A stretch of 64,000 bases of DNA, taken from assembly GCA_021151685.1 (NCBI GenBank), contig JAGKWS010000004.1, positions 15,800-79,799 on the forward strand. Direction: 5' to 3'. This DNA is from Chitinophagaceae bacterium (GTDB lineage Bacteria; Bacteroidota; Bacteroidia; Chitinophagales; Chitinophagaceae). Each line of letters opens with the position of its first letter. Position 1 is the stretch's first letter. Under the pieces are notes generated by a model that was given only the letters and a program-made list of their open reading frames with translations, was not told the DNA's origin and searched no databases. The position numbers were made by a program, and so were the translations under genes. This document shows, in pieces, positions 1 through 8,566 of this stretch.

Positions 1-3000
1 TAACGGCTACTTTATAGCTACCATCGCCACTTACAGGCAGGCTCCATGATGTGCCACCTGTAACCGGTAACAGATTTTTGTACCACTGGTAGGTTACATA
101 ATAGTTGCCGGTATACACTGCGTTAGTGCCGTTGTAAGCCACTACAGGGTTGGGCAGAGGTATGTCGGTAACGGCTACCGAGCTGGAAATAGGTGCGCAG
201 CTTGCCGGTACCGATACTACACAGTGGTAGGTGCCGGGGAGGGTAGCACTGTAAGTAGCACCTACTGCGCCCGGTACCGGAATGCCATTGCGGAACCACT
301 GATAACCCAATGCAGTACCGAGGTACGATACGTTTGTAGAGAGCAGGGAAGAACCACCCCAGCAGAAACGTGCAGGAGTGAGCGGTACTGCTGTAACGGT
401 AGAGATAACAGTTACTACGGTGTCGGCAGCGGTAATGCTGCTACAGCCCGTAGTTGCGTTGGTAACACGTACCCTGTAGCCGCCACTTGCGCTGGCAATG
501 TAGGTAGCATTGACGGCACCCGGTATTGCTACGCCACCTACATACCATTGGTACTGGAAGCCCGGTGCAGCATCGAGTGCCACAAAGCCACCAATGCAGA
601 AGATACGAGTGCCACCGGGTGTGATGGCTGCGCTGGGTACTGCATTAACCGTTACTGCCTGTGGAGTAGATGTAGCAGTGCAACCTGCACTGTTGGTTAC
701 CGTAACATAGTACCCTTCGGCCGTAGTAGCGGAGTACGATACTGATGTTGCACCGGCAATAGCACCTGTGCCATCGTACCATTGGTAGGTATAGCCTGCG
801 CCAGATGCGGCAGTGAGTGTAACACTACTGCCCGCACATATGGCCAATGGACCTGAAGCCGTAACCGTGTTGGATGGTATGGGGGTAGACGTTACTGCTA
901 CAGCGGCAGAAACTGCCCAGCAACCTGTGGCATTGGTTACGCGAACGGCATAACTACCTGTAGCAGTAGCATTGTAGGTGGCTGTATTGGCACCGGGTAT
1001 GGCTACACCACCAAGCTCCCACTGGTAGCTAAGACCAGTACCAGTATTGGCGTTTAGTACCACTGGTGTACCTGCACAGGTGCTGGTAGTGCCACCCGGT
1101 ACGGTAATAGTTGCAGTAGCTGGTGTTACGGCAACACTCATAGGTATGGAGGTAGATGAACAGCCAGATGCAATGCTAACCATTGCCGAGTAGCTGCCGG
1201 ATGCGGTAACTACCAACACGGGCGATGTGGCCCCTACAATAGGTGTGCCACCAGAGAACCACTGGTATGATACACTGGGTGAGGTGCTGACAGAAAGTGA
1301 TACAAAATCGCCGGGGCATATTACCGTATCGCCCAGTGGCGTGATAATAGCGGGTGGTGCGGCCGAGATAGTAACTACCGCTGTAGTGCTACAGCCAGTT
1401 GAGGTTTGTGTATATGTAATGGCCGATGTGCCCGAAGTAACACCTGTGTATGCACCAGTGCCGGCAACTATTGTAGCCACTGCGGTGTTGCCACTGGCCC
1501 ATGTGCCGGGCGTAGCGGCATTGGTAAGGGTGGCCGTAGAGCCGGGGCACAGTGTTGTAGGGCCGCCTATGGCCGGTGGCAATGCATTCACCGTCATGGT
1601 GCGTACACGCTCGCAACCGTTGGGTATGGTATAGGTGATATTGGCGGTGCCAGAGGCTACGCCATTTACGGTGCCGGTAGTGGCACCTACTGTAGCTATA
1701 GTGGTGTTGCCACTGGTCCATGTGCCGGTTGTAGGTGTGCTGCTGAGGGTAACACTGCTACCCAAACATACTGTAGAAGCACCGGTAAAAGTTGATGGGA
1801 GTGAGTTGACTGTAACGGTGCGTATAGTGCTACAGCCCGATACTGTGTAGGTAATGTTGGTAGTACCAGCAGTAACACCGGTAACAGTGCCTGTAACCAC
1901 ACCTGCAACAAATGGTGTGCTGCTGGACCATGTGCCACCAGTTGTAGTGCTGCTGAGTACTGTAGATGAACCCACACACACTGTTGCTGTGCCGGTAAGT
2001 GAGGCAGGCAGTGCATTTACAGTAACTACTACCGAGCGGGCACAACCATTGGTGCCTGTTGCGGTAATGGTGGCAGTGCCCAGGGCGTTGCCGCTTACCA
2101 CGCCTGTGGTAGCACCTACGCTGGCCACTGTAGTGTTGCTGCTGGTCCAGTTAAGTGGAGTTGTTGCACTGGTGAGTGTAGTGGTGCTACCCTGACATGC
2201 TATGAGGCTACCGTTAATGCTGGCTGGCAATGCCAAAACTGTTACTACCTGTGTGGTGATGCAGCCCGATGTGGGCAGTGTATAAGTAATGGTGGCTGTA
2301 CCGCCAAGTACATTTACACCGGTTACTACGCCCGATAAAATACCTACGGTTGCTACTGTAGTATTGCTGCTGGTCCATGTGCCGCCGGTGACAGGGGGGG
2401 TAAGAGTTGTTGTGCTGTTGGCGCATACCGATGCTGTGCCGGTTATAGCACCGGGTGTAGCGTCTACAGTGGCAATAGCTGTAACATTGCACCCAATGGC
2501 GGTGTAGGTAATAATAGTAGTACCTACGCCAGCACCTGTGAGTACGCCGGTACCGCTGATGGTAGCTACCCCTGAGGCGGAAGATACCCAAGTGCCACCG
2601 GCTGGGGTGCTGCCCAGTGCTGATGTGGCACCCACACATATATGCCTATCGCCAGTGATGGCAGATGGTGCAGGATTGACCGTAATGACAAAAGTACTGG
2701 TACACCCGGCTGGTGTAGTGTAGGTGAGTGTGGCTGTGCCTACCGACACACCGGTGACTACACCGGAAGTGAGCCCTACTGTGAACCGGGCAGTATTGCT
2801 ACTGGCCCATGTGCCACCCACTACTATGTTGCTCATGGTTACTGTACCGGTAGGGCAAACAACGCCACTGCCTGTAATATTTTCAACAGAATCTACCCTA
2901 ATGGTGCGGATAGTAGAGCAACCGGTGAATAGTTCATATTCTACAGTATCTACACCGGGGCCGGCAGATGAATATATGCCCGAAAACAAATCGACACTAC

Positions 3001-4171
3001 CTACGCCGGTATGATAGTTGAACCAAAAACCACCAATAAGAGGATTTACCAGTGCAGAGGCATCGCCGTTGCACAGCATTGTGTCGCCGGTAATGGGGGC
3101 AATAACGGTAGGATCTACTGTTACTATGGCCGATACGAGACAAGCCCCTGCTGCATAGCGAATGGTAACAGTGTCGGCGGATATGCCGGTTACAATACCG
3201 GTAGAGGAACCTACGGTAGCTGTAGTGGGGTCGAAACTGGTCCATGTGCCACCGGGTATAGGGTGCGATAATGTGATGTGTGAACCGATGCAGGTTTCGA
3301 GGCCACCAATAATATCGTCGCAAAGGAGACTGATGGAAAAATTGTCGAAATAACCATTCAGCGCATCTGGTGCAGCGGTAAGATAGGTAACGCTGTAGTT
3401 GCCATAAAAGCCGAAAGTGGTCATTACGGCACTGGTATATGTACCATCTGTACCGGTACCTACAGAGAATAATGTACCAGTGGTGGGGGAGGTAAAGCTG
3501 GTGAAACCATCATCGCGCACTTGTAGTTCCCAATCGTCTGTTGCGGGGTCGTAAATGACCTTTACACTGGCATAGTCTATAGAAGACATCATAAATGGGC
3601 CAGTTGCAACAATGGTGCTTAATGTGCCCAGAAGGCCGCCAGAATAATTGATAAGTGAAATACCATCGGGCGTAGTAGGGTCGAAAACTACTGCATAGCC
3701 CTTGCCGGCATTGCGTACGTCCGGATTGTCGGCAGCCAATACTACGGCAATGCCGTTGCGGCCATCAGAAAAGCCGGTAACGGGAATGCCTGTTTGCATA
3801 TTGAATGCCCACTGTACCCGCATAGTGTTGGCCGATAGAATAGGGTTGAACGGAGCGGCAACCGCAGACATAGGGGCCGTGGCGGCGGCATAGCCGTTGT
3901 TGGTAATACCCAGGGGTGATGTGGCTGCGGTGGTCCAAACCGAAAGTAAACCGGGTGTGAACACAATACTACCAGCAGAGCCACCAACCTGCAACCCTGC
4001 ATTGCTGCCGGGTGTGGCATCGGTATTGCCGTTGGCCAGGGCATAACCCACCGGGGGGAAGCTTGCCGGAGTGGTACTAAAATCGTCGGAATAAACTACC
4101 GTTTGGGCTTGGGAGTAGGTGAGCCCCAAAATGGCAGCAATAAGAAAATAATAACGTAACATTTTGTTCAT
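1..4171 (-). CDS. Large Ig-like repeat surface protein (probable T9SS cargo/adhesin), 3' end runs off the window
   Basis: Absent from the ORF track because it has no stop in the window. Hand translation of the minus strand is open in every segment read. In-frame ATGs at 4189/4183/4171/4162, signal peptide MNKMLRYYFLIAAILGLTYSQA, about nine ~73-aa repeats (C..G...GGTW.S.N..VATV..TG.VTGV..GTA.ITYT..GC) and four ~80-aa YQW-type repeats. Confidence 0.85.
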   Translation of the reverse strand, partial: MNKMLRYYFLIAAILGLTYSQAQTVVYSDDFSTTPASFPPVGYALANGNTDATPGSNAGLQVGGSAGSIVFTPGLLSVWTTAATSPLGITNNGYAAATAPMSAVAAPFNPILSANTMRVQWAFNMQTGIPVTGFSDGRNGIAVVLAADNPDVRNAGKGYAVVFDPTTPDGISLINYSGGLLGTLSTIVATGPFMMSSIDYASVKVIYDPATDDWELQVRDDGFTSFTSPTTGTLFSVGTGTDGTYTSAVMTTFGFYGNYSVTYLTAAPDALNGYFDNFSISLLCDDIIGGLETCIGSHITLSHPIPGGTWTSFDPTTATVGSSTGIVTGISADTVTIRYAAGACLVSAIVTVDPTVIAPITGDTMLCNGDASALVNPLIGGFWFNYHTGVGSVDLFSGIYSSAGPGVDTVEYELFTGCSTIRTIRVDSVENITGSGVVCPTGTVTMSNIVVGGTWASSNTARFTVGLTSGVVTGVSVGTATLTYTTPAGCTSTFVITVNPAPSAITGDRHICVGATSALGSTPAGGTWVSSASGVATISGTGVLTGAGVGTTIITYTAIGCNVTAIATVDATPGAITGTASVCANSTTTLTPPVTGGTWTSSNTTVATVGILSGVVTGVNVLGGTATITYTLPTSGCITTQVVTVLALPASINGSLIACQGSTTTLTSATTPLNWTSSNTTVASVGATTGVVSGNALGTATITATGTNGCARSVVVTVNALPASLTGTATVCVGSSTVLSSTTTGGTWSSSTPFVAGVVTGTVTGVTAGTTNITYTVSGCSTIRTVTVNSLPSTFTGASTVCLGSSVTLSSTPTTGTWTSGNTTIATVGATTGTVNGVASGTANITYTIPNGCERVRTMTVNALPPAIGGPTTLCPGSTATLTNAATPGTWASGNTAVATIVAGTGAYTGVTSGTSAITYTQTSTGCSTTAVVTISAAPPAIITPLGDTVICPGDFVSLSVSTSPSVSYQWFSGGTPIVGATSPVLVVTASGSYSAMVSIASGCSSTSIPMSVAVTPATATITVPGGTTSTCAGTPVVLNANTGTGLSYQWELGGVAIPGANTATYNATATGSYAVRVTNATGCWAVSAAVAVTSTPIPSNTVTASGPLAICAGSSVTLTAASGAGYTYQWYDGTGAIAGATSVSYSATTAEGYYVTVTNSAGCTATSTPQAVTVNAVPSAAITPGGTRIFCIGGFVALDAAPGFQYQWYVGGVAIPGAVNATYIASASGGYRVRVTNATTGCSSITAADTVVTVISTVTAVPLTPARFCWGGSSLLSTNVSYLGTALGYQWFRNGIPVPGAVGATYSATLPGTYHCVVSVPASCAPISSSVAVTDIPLPNPVVAYNGTNAVYTGNYYVTYQWYKNLLPVTGGTSWSLPVSGDGSYKVAV

Positions 4172-4530
4172 AACTGTACGCATTAGCATGAGTACAGCAA
4201 GGTACTAAGAATCTGTAGATTTACAAAAATGACAATATATTTTTTGTAATTGGTTGATATTCATTGTGCTATTGTTTAACTGTTAGTTTATTTTTTGCTT
4301 TGTATGTATATTGCTGGTTCCATAGGACGGCAGGTTTGCCACAAAGTGTATGATTGTTTTTTGCTGCAATGCTTTGGGGAGGGGGTAGATAGGGACTGGG
4401 GCAATAATTCCCTTTTTTATGGTAAAAGAATCTGTTTTGGGGAAAGGAAATAATTGTTGGTGCTTGGGTCACACCATTGTAATATGGAGGTATAGATTTT
4501 TGTTAACGGCGTGGCCAGTGACAAAGGGCT

Positions 4531-4538
4531 TACCTTTG
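4531..4538 (+). promoter_or_regulatory. Bacteroidota sigma-A -7 element (TACCTTTG) for the AraC gene
   Basis: Exact TAnnTTTG match inside the computed ORF, suggesting the true start lies downstream (ATG 4625). No clear -33 box. Confidence 0.45.
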
Positions 4539-4624
4539 CCCATGTGAAGGCTGTTACAGAAAAGATACGCAACAGGGCTGGGGTAGTAAACTTTCCGGGG
4601 GGCGATGCGCGGGTGGTGAACACT

Positions 4625-5401
4625 ATGGTGCTACCCGTAAATAACTTTGTGGTAGCAGAGCGCAGGGAGGTAATTTTGCAAGACAGTGAGCCATCGGACG
4701 AACAAGGTATGCTGCACTTGTACCCTATTGAAGATAACCGCTATTGTTTGGAACTACATTACCTGCAATATGCAGATGGCCCTGCCGATAATGATGTGGT
4801 GTATGTAATACGGTATCTGCCCACCTTTTTCCTTCAGTTTTCGGACAAAGATCTTGCTGCCAACCGGCCATTTCGTTTCGACCAGACTACCGAGCAACAG
4901 TTTACCGTTTGTAGCCGCTCGCGTAGCCTGCTGCAACAGTTGGATGGTGACAAAACAGGTACTGCCATTACCCGGTCGCTGGAGGCTACCGAGGTAGTGG
5001 TACATCTTTTGCGCAGGGCTTTGGAATGCATTACTGTGCCGTTTGCCGCCTGTCAGGTGCCTGCCTGCCGCTTTTTGGCGTTTGAGGGAGAGCGCGATAA
5101 GATAACGGCTGCCATGCGCATTATAGAGGCCAACATAGACCAGCCACAAACCATACGCGAGCTGTCGCGCAAGGTAGCGATGAACGAGTGCTACCTGAAA
5201 AAAGGATTCAAGGCCATAACCGGCAAAACCATACACGAATACCAGCAGTCTTTGCGAATAGCTCAGGCCCGCATACTGCTGCAAGAGCAGGGGCGCACCG
5301 TAACCGATGTGGCCAATACGCTGGGGTATAGCAGTATTTCGCATTTCAGTACGGCATTCAAGAAGGTGACCGGTATGAAGCCGTGCGAGTTGCTGGCGTA
5401 G
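4625..5401 (+). CDS. AraC-family transcriptional regulator
   Basis: C-terminal double HTH (TIRELSRKVAMNECYLKKGFKAITG...VTDVANTLGYSSISHFSTAFKK). Track starts at GTG 4511; ATG 4625 preferred because of the promoter motif. Confidence 0.9.
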   Translation: MVLPVNNFVVAERREVILQDSEPSDEQGMLHLYPIEDNRYCLELHYLQYADGPADNDVVYVIRYLPTFFLQFSDKDLAANRPFRFDQTTEQQFTVCSRSRSLLQQLDGDKTGTAITRSLEATEVVVHLLRRALECITVPFAACQVPACRFLAFEGERDKITAAMRIIEANIDQPQTIRELSRKVAMNECYLKKGFKAITGKTIHEYQQSLRIAQARILLQEQGRTVTDVANTLGYSSISHFSTAFKKVTGMKPCELLA

Positions 5402-5427
5402 TGGTGGACATAGGCTTTCTCCACGTA

Positions 5428-6159
5428 TCAGGAGGTGAAAGAGTGAAAGTGTGGCTTATGAGACTTGTCTGCGGAAAAAATAGATTTTACAAAGTTGATT
5501 TCTTTAACAAAGTAGTCTGCAGTAACCGGAGACTCTATGATGAAAGGGATATTGAGTGGAACTAATTTAGCTACCTTCCTGTAGGCTGTTATTGCTTCAG
5601 AGTTTATAGGGACGTGATTGCAGTCGGATGTAACATCGCTGATGTGAAACTGAATAAGTTTGTCTGCAAATAATCTCAGCATTCTTGCACACTCGGCCAT
5701 AGAAGAGTCAACTTGTTTTGCATGTGCAAAGTCTAAACAAAAGCGAGCATGGGGCAAATGTCCGAAAATCATTTGCAAATCATTTGATGTGCGACCGATT
5801 GCCTTTCGTTTGTCCATATTTTCTATACAAAGTATATCGCCCAATACTAACCATTTATCGAAATCTACAATTACATCGGGGTGTACTACAATTGGGTATT
5901 GATACTTTGCAAGTTCTCTAAGGTGTTCAATCAGATTGTTTTCAGAGAAATCGTTTAGTTTACTTGGTGCATGTATTGATATATGTTTGTACTTACGTAA
6001 GTCAAGGTTTGGAATTGCATCAATCAGAATTGGTAATTCACGTTCTCTGAGCGTAGAAAGTTCAATTGCATTGGCAGAATTGGGTGTGCCGGAAAGTATA
6101 TCCAGTGCTTTAACAAAATCGCCTTTTGCAAGGCTTCCGGTTGAGTATCCAATAAACAT
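5428..6159 (-). CDS. Xylose-isomerase/endonuclease IV-like TIM-barrel metallohydrolase, function unknown
   Basis: Ordered metal-ligand pattern IHAP, VHPD, IENMD, LDFAH, FHISD, NHVP, IIES. The ATG overlaps the upstream stop (TAATG). Confidence 0.7.
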   Translation of the reverse strand: MFIGYSTGSLAKGDFVKALDILSGTPNSANAIELSTLRERELPILIDAIPNLDLRKYKHISIHAPSKLNDFSENNLIEHLRELAKYQYPIVVHPDVIVDFDKWLVLGDILCIENMDKRKAIGRTSNDLQMIFGHLPHARFCLDFAHAKQVDSSMAECARMLRLFADKLIQFHISDVTSDCNHVPINSEAITAYRKVAKLVPLNIPFIIESPVTADYFVKEINFVKSIFSADKSHKPHFHSFTS

Positions 6160-7193
6160 TAAAAAATGCCGTATTTAAGTGTTAGTGTTTTCAGGCTCCC
6201 TTCATTTATCAGAAAAATATTGTCTAAGGCATTCTGCAATTCATCGGCTGTATTGCGCAGGTCTAAGAAGTAAGCATTGCCATATATGTCGTTCATGTTT
6301 ACTTTTAATAATGTTGTTCTGATTTCATCATTATCGATTTTTGACAAAAAGTTGCTATAGCAATTGATGATACGAACAATATTGTCTGTTGGTATAGAAA
6401 AGTGTTCCTGAAGCCCGATAATGAGTTCTAAAGGGACGATTTTAACCATGTCATTCAAGCTTTGTATTAATTCTGCTTTATCTTGATGTTGCCCGTAATG
6501 GCTAAAACACATCAATAAACCCTTTACGAAGAGCATTTTTCGGGAAATACGTAGTTTGATATTTCGCAAAGCCCATTTATCTCCTTCTTGTTCTCTTTGT
6601 TTGTATGCAAAATCTACACACATTGTGCGCCAGAATCTTACTATATCGTTTAGTAAATACCGGGGTATGGCTGGCCTGTCAGAATTAAGACCAGAATCAT
6701 GTTCAATATATTGAGACAATATTCCTTTTATAACGCTGTCATATGCGGTGCCATTTGTAGATGTGGTACTACCTAATAGGATATTGGTTGATTCGAGGAG
6801 CAGTAATATTCTTTTGGTCAGATTGTGATTGGTGTCCGATTGGCCTCCGATATTGTGCAGTAGCTCGTGGCTGAAAGATATATTTCCGAACATACCCGAA
6901 GTGCCAGGGTCTGTGTATCCTTTCGCTCTAAGTTTCTTTCTAATTTCATTTTCCATACTGGAATGACGAACATTCGCCTGTCCGTCAACCAGTAATGTCC
7001 AATCTATATCGCTGCCGCCAACACATTCTTTCCTGGCTATGGAACCAAATGCTATCAAATCTTCATCGGGCGAAAAAGGTGGAATTCCATATAGGGATTT
7101 TATTCCGCCTATTATTTCATCAGTTTTTCTGTAGCACCTTTCAAAATTGTCGATGTCAACTTTGTGGTGTTGTGCAAATTCTGGTAATGAAAT
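6159..7193 (-). CDS. Pol-beta-superfamily nucleotidyltransferase with helical C-terminal domain (DUF294/GlnD-like architecture)
   Basis: GSIARKECVGGSDIDW motif (GS-x10-DxD). Track start is TTG 7058, but the frame stays open upstream to an ATT at 7193. Confidence 0.75.
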   Translation of the reverse strand: MSLPEFAQHHKVDIDNFERCYRKTDEIIGGIKSLYGIPPFSPDEDLIAFGSIARKECVGGSDIDWTLLVDGQANVRHSSMENEIRKKLRAKGYTDPGTSGMFGNISFSHELLHNIGGQSDTNHNLTKRILLLLESTNILLGSTTSTNGTAYDSVIKGILSQYIEHDSGLNSDRPAIPRYLLNDIVRFWRTMCVDFAYKQREQEGDKWALRNIKLRISRKMLFVKGLLMCFSHYGQHQDKAELIQSLNDMVKIVPLELIIGLQEHFSIPTDNIVRIINCYSNFLSKIDNDEIRTTLLKVNMNDIYGNAYFLDLRNTADELQNALDNIFLINEGSLKTLTLKYGIF

Positions 7194-7213
7194 GTTTGAT
7201 TAAGTCACATTCT

Positions 7214-7245
7214 CAAAGTTACACGATTGAATTTGTACAGGCAAA
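7214..7245 (-). promoter_or_regulatory. Consensus Bacteroidota sigma-A promoter for the NTase operon
   Basis: Minus strand TTTG (7245-7242), 20-nt spacer, TAACTTTG (7221-7214). Confidence 0.75.
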
Positions 7246-7317
7246 TCTCAAGGGCGAAATATGACCATGGAAATATGGTGTACAGCTTGCAGAGAATGAA
7301 TCTGTAAGTAACCATAC

Positions 7318-7348
7318 AAATTGGGCACCCACATAAGGTGCCCAATTT
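7318..7348 (-). terminator. Hairpin terminator after pdxA
   Basis: aaattgggcacc-cacataa-ggtgcccaattt inverted repeat 29 nt past the pdxA stop. Confidence 0.6.
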
Positions 7349-7376
7349 AAGAAAATATACATATTTTTTGTCTCCC

Positions 7377-8447
7377 TTACCCCTCGCTCCTCTCCTTTTC
7401 TATTTTGCCACGCCGCATGGGGTTGGCGGTGTTTTCGGCATACTGGTCGCGCTGGCGCAGTAGTGTGATGGCCTGAAATACGGCTTCGCGGAAGGATGAT
7501 GGGTCGGCAAGGTCTTTGCCGGCAATGTCGAAGGCGGTACCGTGGTCGGGCGAGGTGCGTATGATGGGCAGGCCTGCAGTATAGTTTACCCCTTCGCCCT
7601 GTGCCAGTGTTTTGAAGCCCACCAAGCCCTGATCGTGATACATGGCCAGTACGGCATCGAATTGGGTATAACTACCGCCGGCAAAGAATGCATCGGCACT
7701 GTAGGGGCCATATACCAGCGCATCTTTGTGGCGGAAGCCCTCTATAACCGGCCGTATGATGGTTTGTTCTTCGGTGCCTATTTGCCCATCGTCGCCGGCA
7801 TGGGGGTTGAGGCCCAGTACGGCTATTTTAGGTTTGTCTATACCAAAATCGCGTATGAGGGTTTCGCGCAGTATCATCAGCTTGTTGGCAAGCAGCTCTT
7901 TGGTGATGCTGCCGGCTACTTTGGCTATGGGTATATGCTCTGTAGCCAGTGCCACGCGCAGGCGGTTGCTGTACAGTATCATCAGTACGTCTTTGGCCCC
8001 AAACTTTTCTTTGAAGAACGGTGTATGCCCTGTAAAGGGGAAGTCGGCCAGGTTGGTATTGCTTTTGTGTATGGGTGCGGTTACTATGGCATCGAGTTGG
8101 CCATCTTTGAGGCACTGTGTGGCTACCTGGAGCGATCGCACCGCGTACTTGCCACCAACATCGGTGAGTACACCGGGTTGTATGGGCACATCTTCGTCCC
8201 AGCAGTTGAATATGTTTACCTGCTTGGGGTTCAGCTTGGTAAGGTCTTTGGTATTGTTGAAGTTGATTGTGGCTTCGGCAATAAGGCGGCGGTAAAAACC
8301 GAGCACCTTATTGGAAGAAAATATGACTGGCGTACACAGATCCAGCATACGGCTGTCGGCAAAGGTTTTGATGATGACCTCGGTGCCTATTCCGTTCAGA
8401 TCGCCGGTGGTGATGCCTATTACTGGTTTTTCGTTGTTGGTATGCAT
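7377..8447 (-). CDS. pdxA: 4-hydroxythreonine-4-phosphate dehydrogenase
   Basis: GITTGDLNGIG, VTAPIHK, LGLNPHAG, AMYHDQG, RTSPDHGTAFDIAG motifs. Confidence 0.95.
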   Translation of the reverse strand: MHTNNEKPVIGITTGDLNGIGTEVIIKTFADSRMLDLCTPVIFSSNKVLGFYRRLIAEATINFNNTKDLTKLNPKQVNIFNCWDEDVPIQPGVLTDVGGKYAVRSLQVATQCLKDGQLDAIVTAPIHKSNTNLADFPFTGHTPFFKEKFGAKDVLMILYSNRLRVALATEHIPIAKVAGSITKELLANKLMILRETLIRDFGIDKPKIAVLGLNPHAGDDGQIGTEEQTIIRPVIEGFRHKDALVYGPYSADAFFAGGSYTQFDAVLAMYHDQGLVGFKTLAQGEGVNYTAGLPIIRTSPDHGTAFDIAGKDLADPSSFREAVFQAITLLRQRDQYAENTANPMRRGKIEKERSEG

Positions 8448-8566
8448 GCTGTTGGGTGTAATGTAATAGTAGTGAATACCATATCATTAAGTTAACCGCA
8501 AAGAATGGTATGTAAGCGGTTTCTGTTTCGGGCTAAGTTAATGACATTGGTGGTGAATGGTTGTTG

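Noticed and set aside
224-4044. Many short plus- and minus-strand ORFs in the track over 224-4044
   Set aside because: Antisense or off-frame shadows of the single long minus-strand Ig-repeat gene; V/P/T-rich or C/R-rich nonsense composition.
4545-4624. Possible riboswitch in the G-rich AraC leader
   Set aside because: No recognisable aptamer consensus; an Rfam search would be needed.
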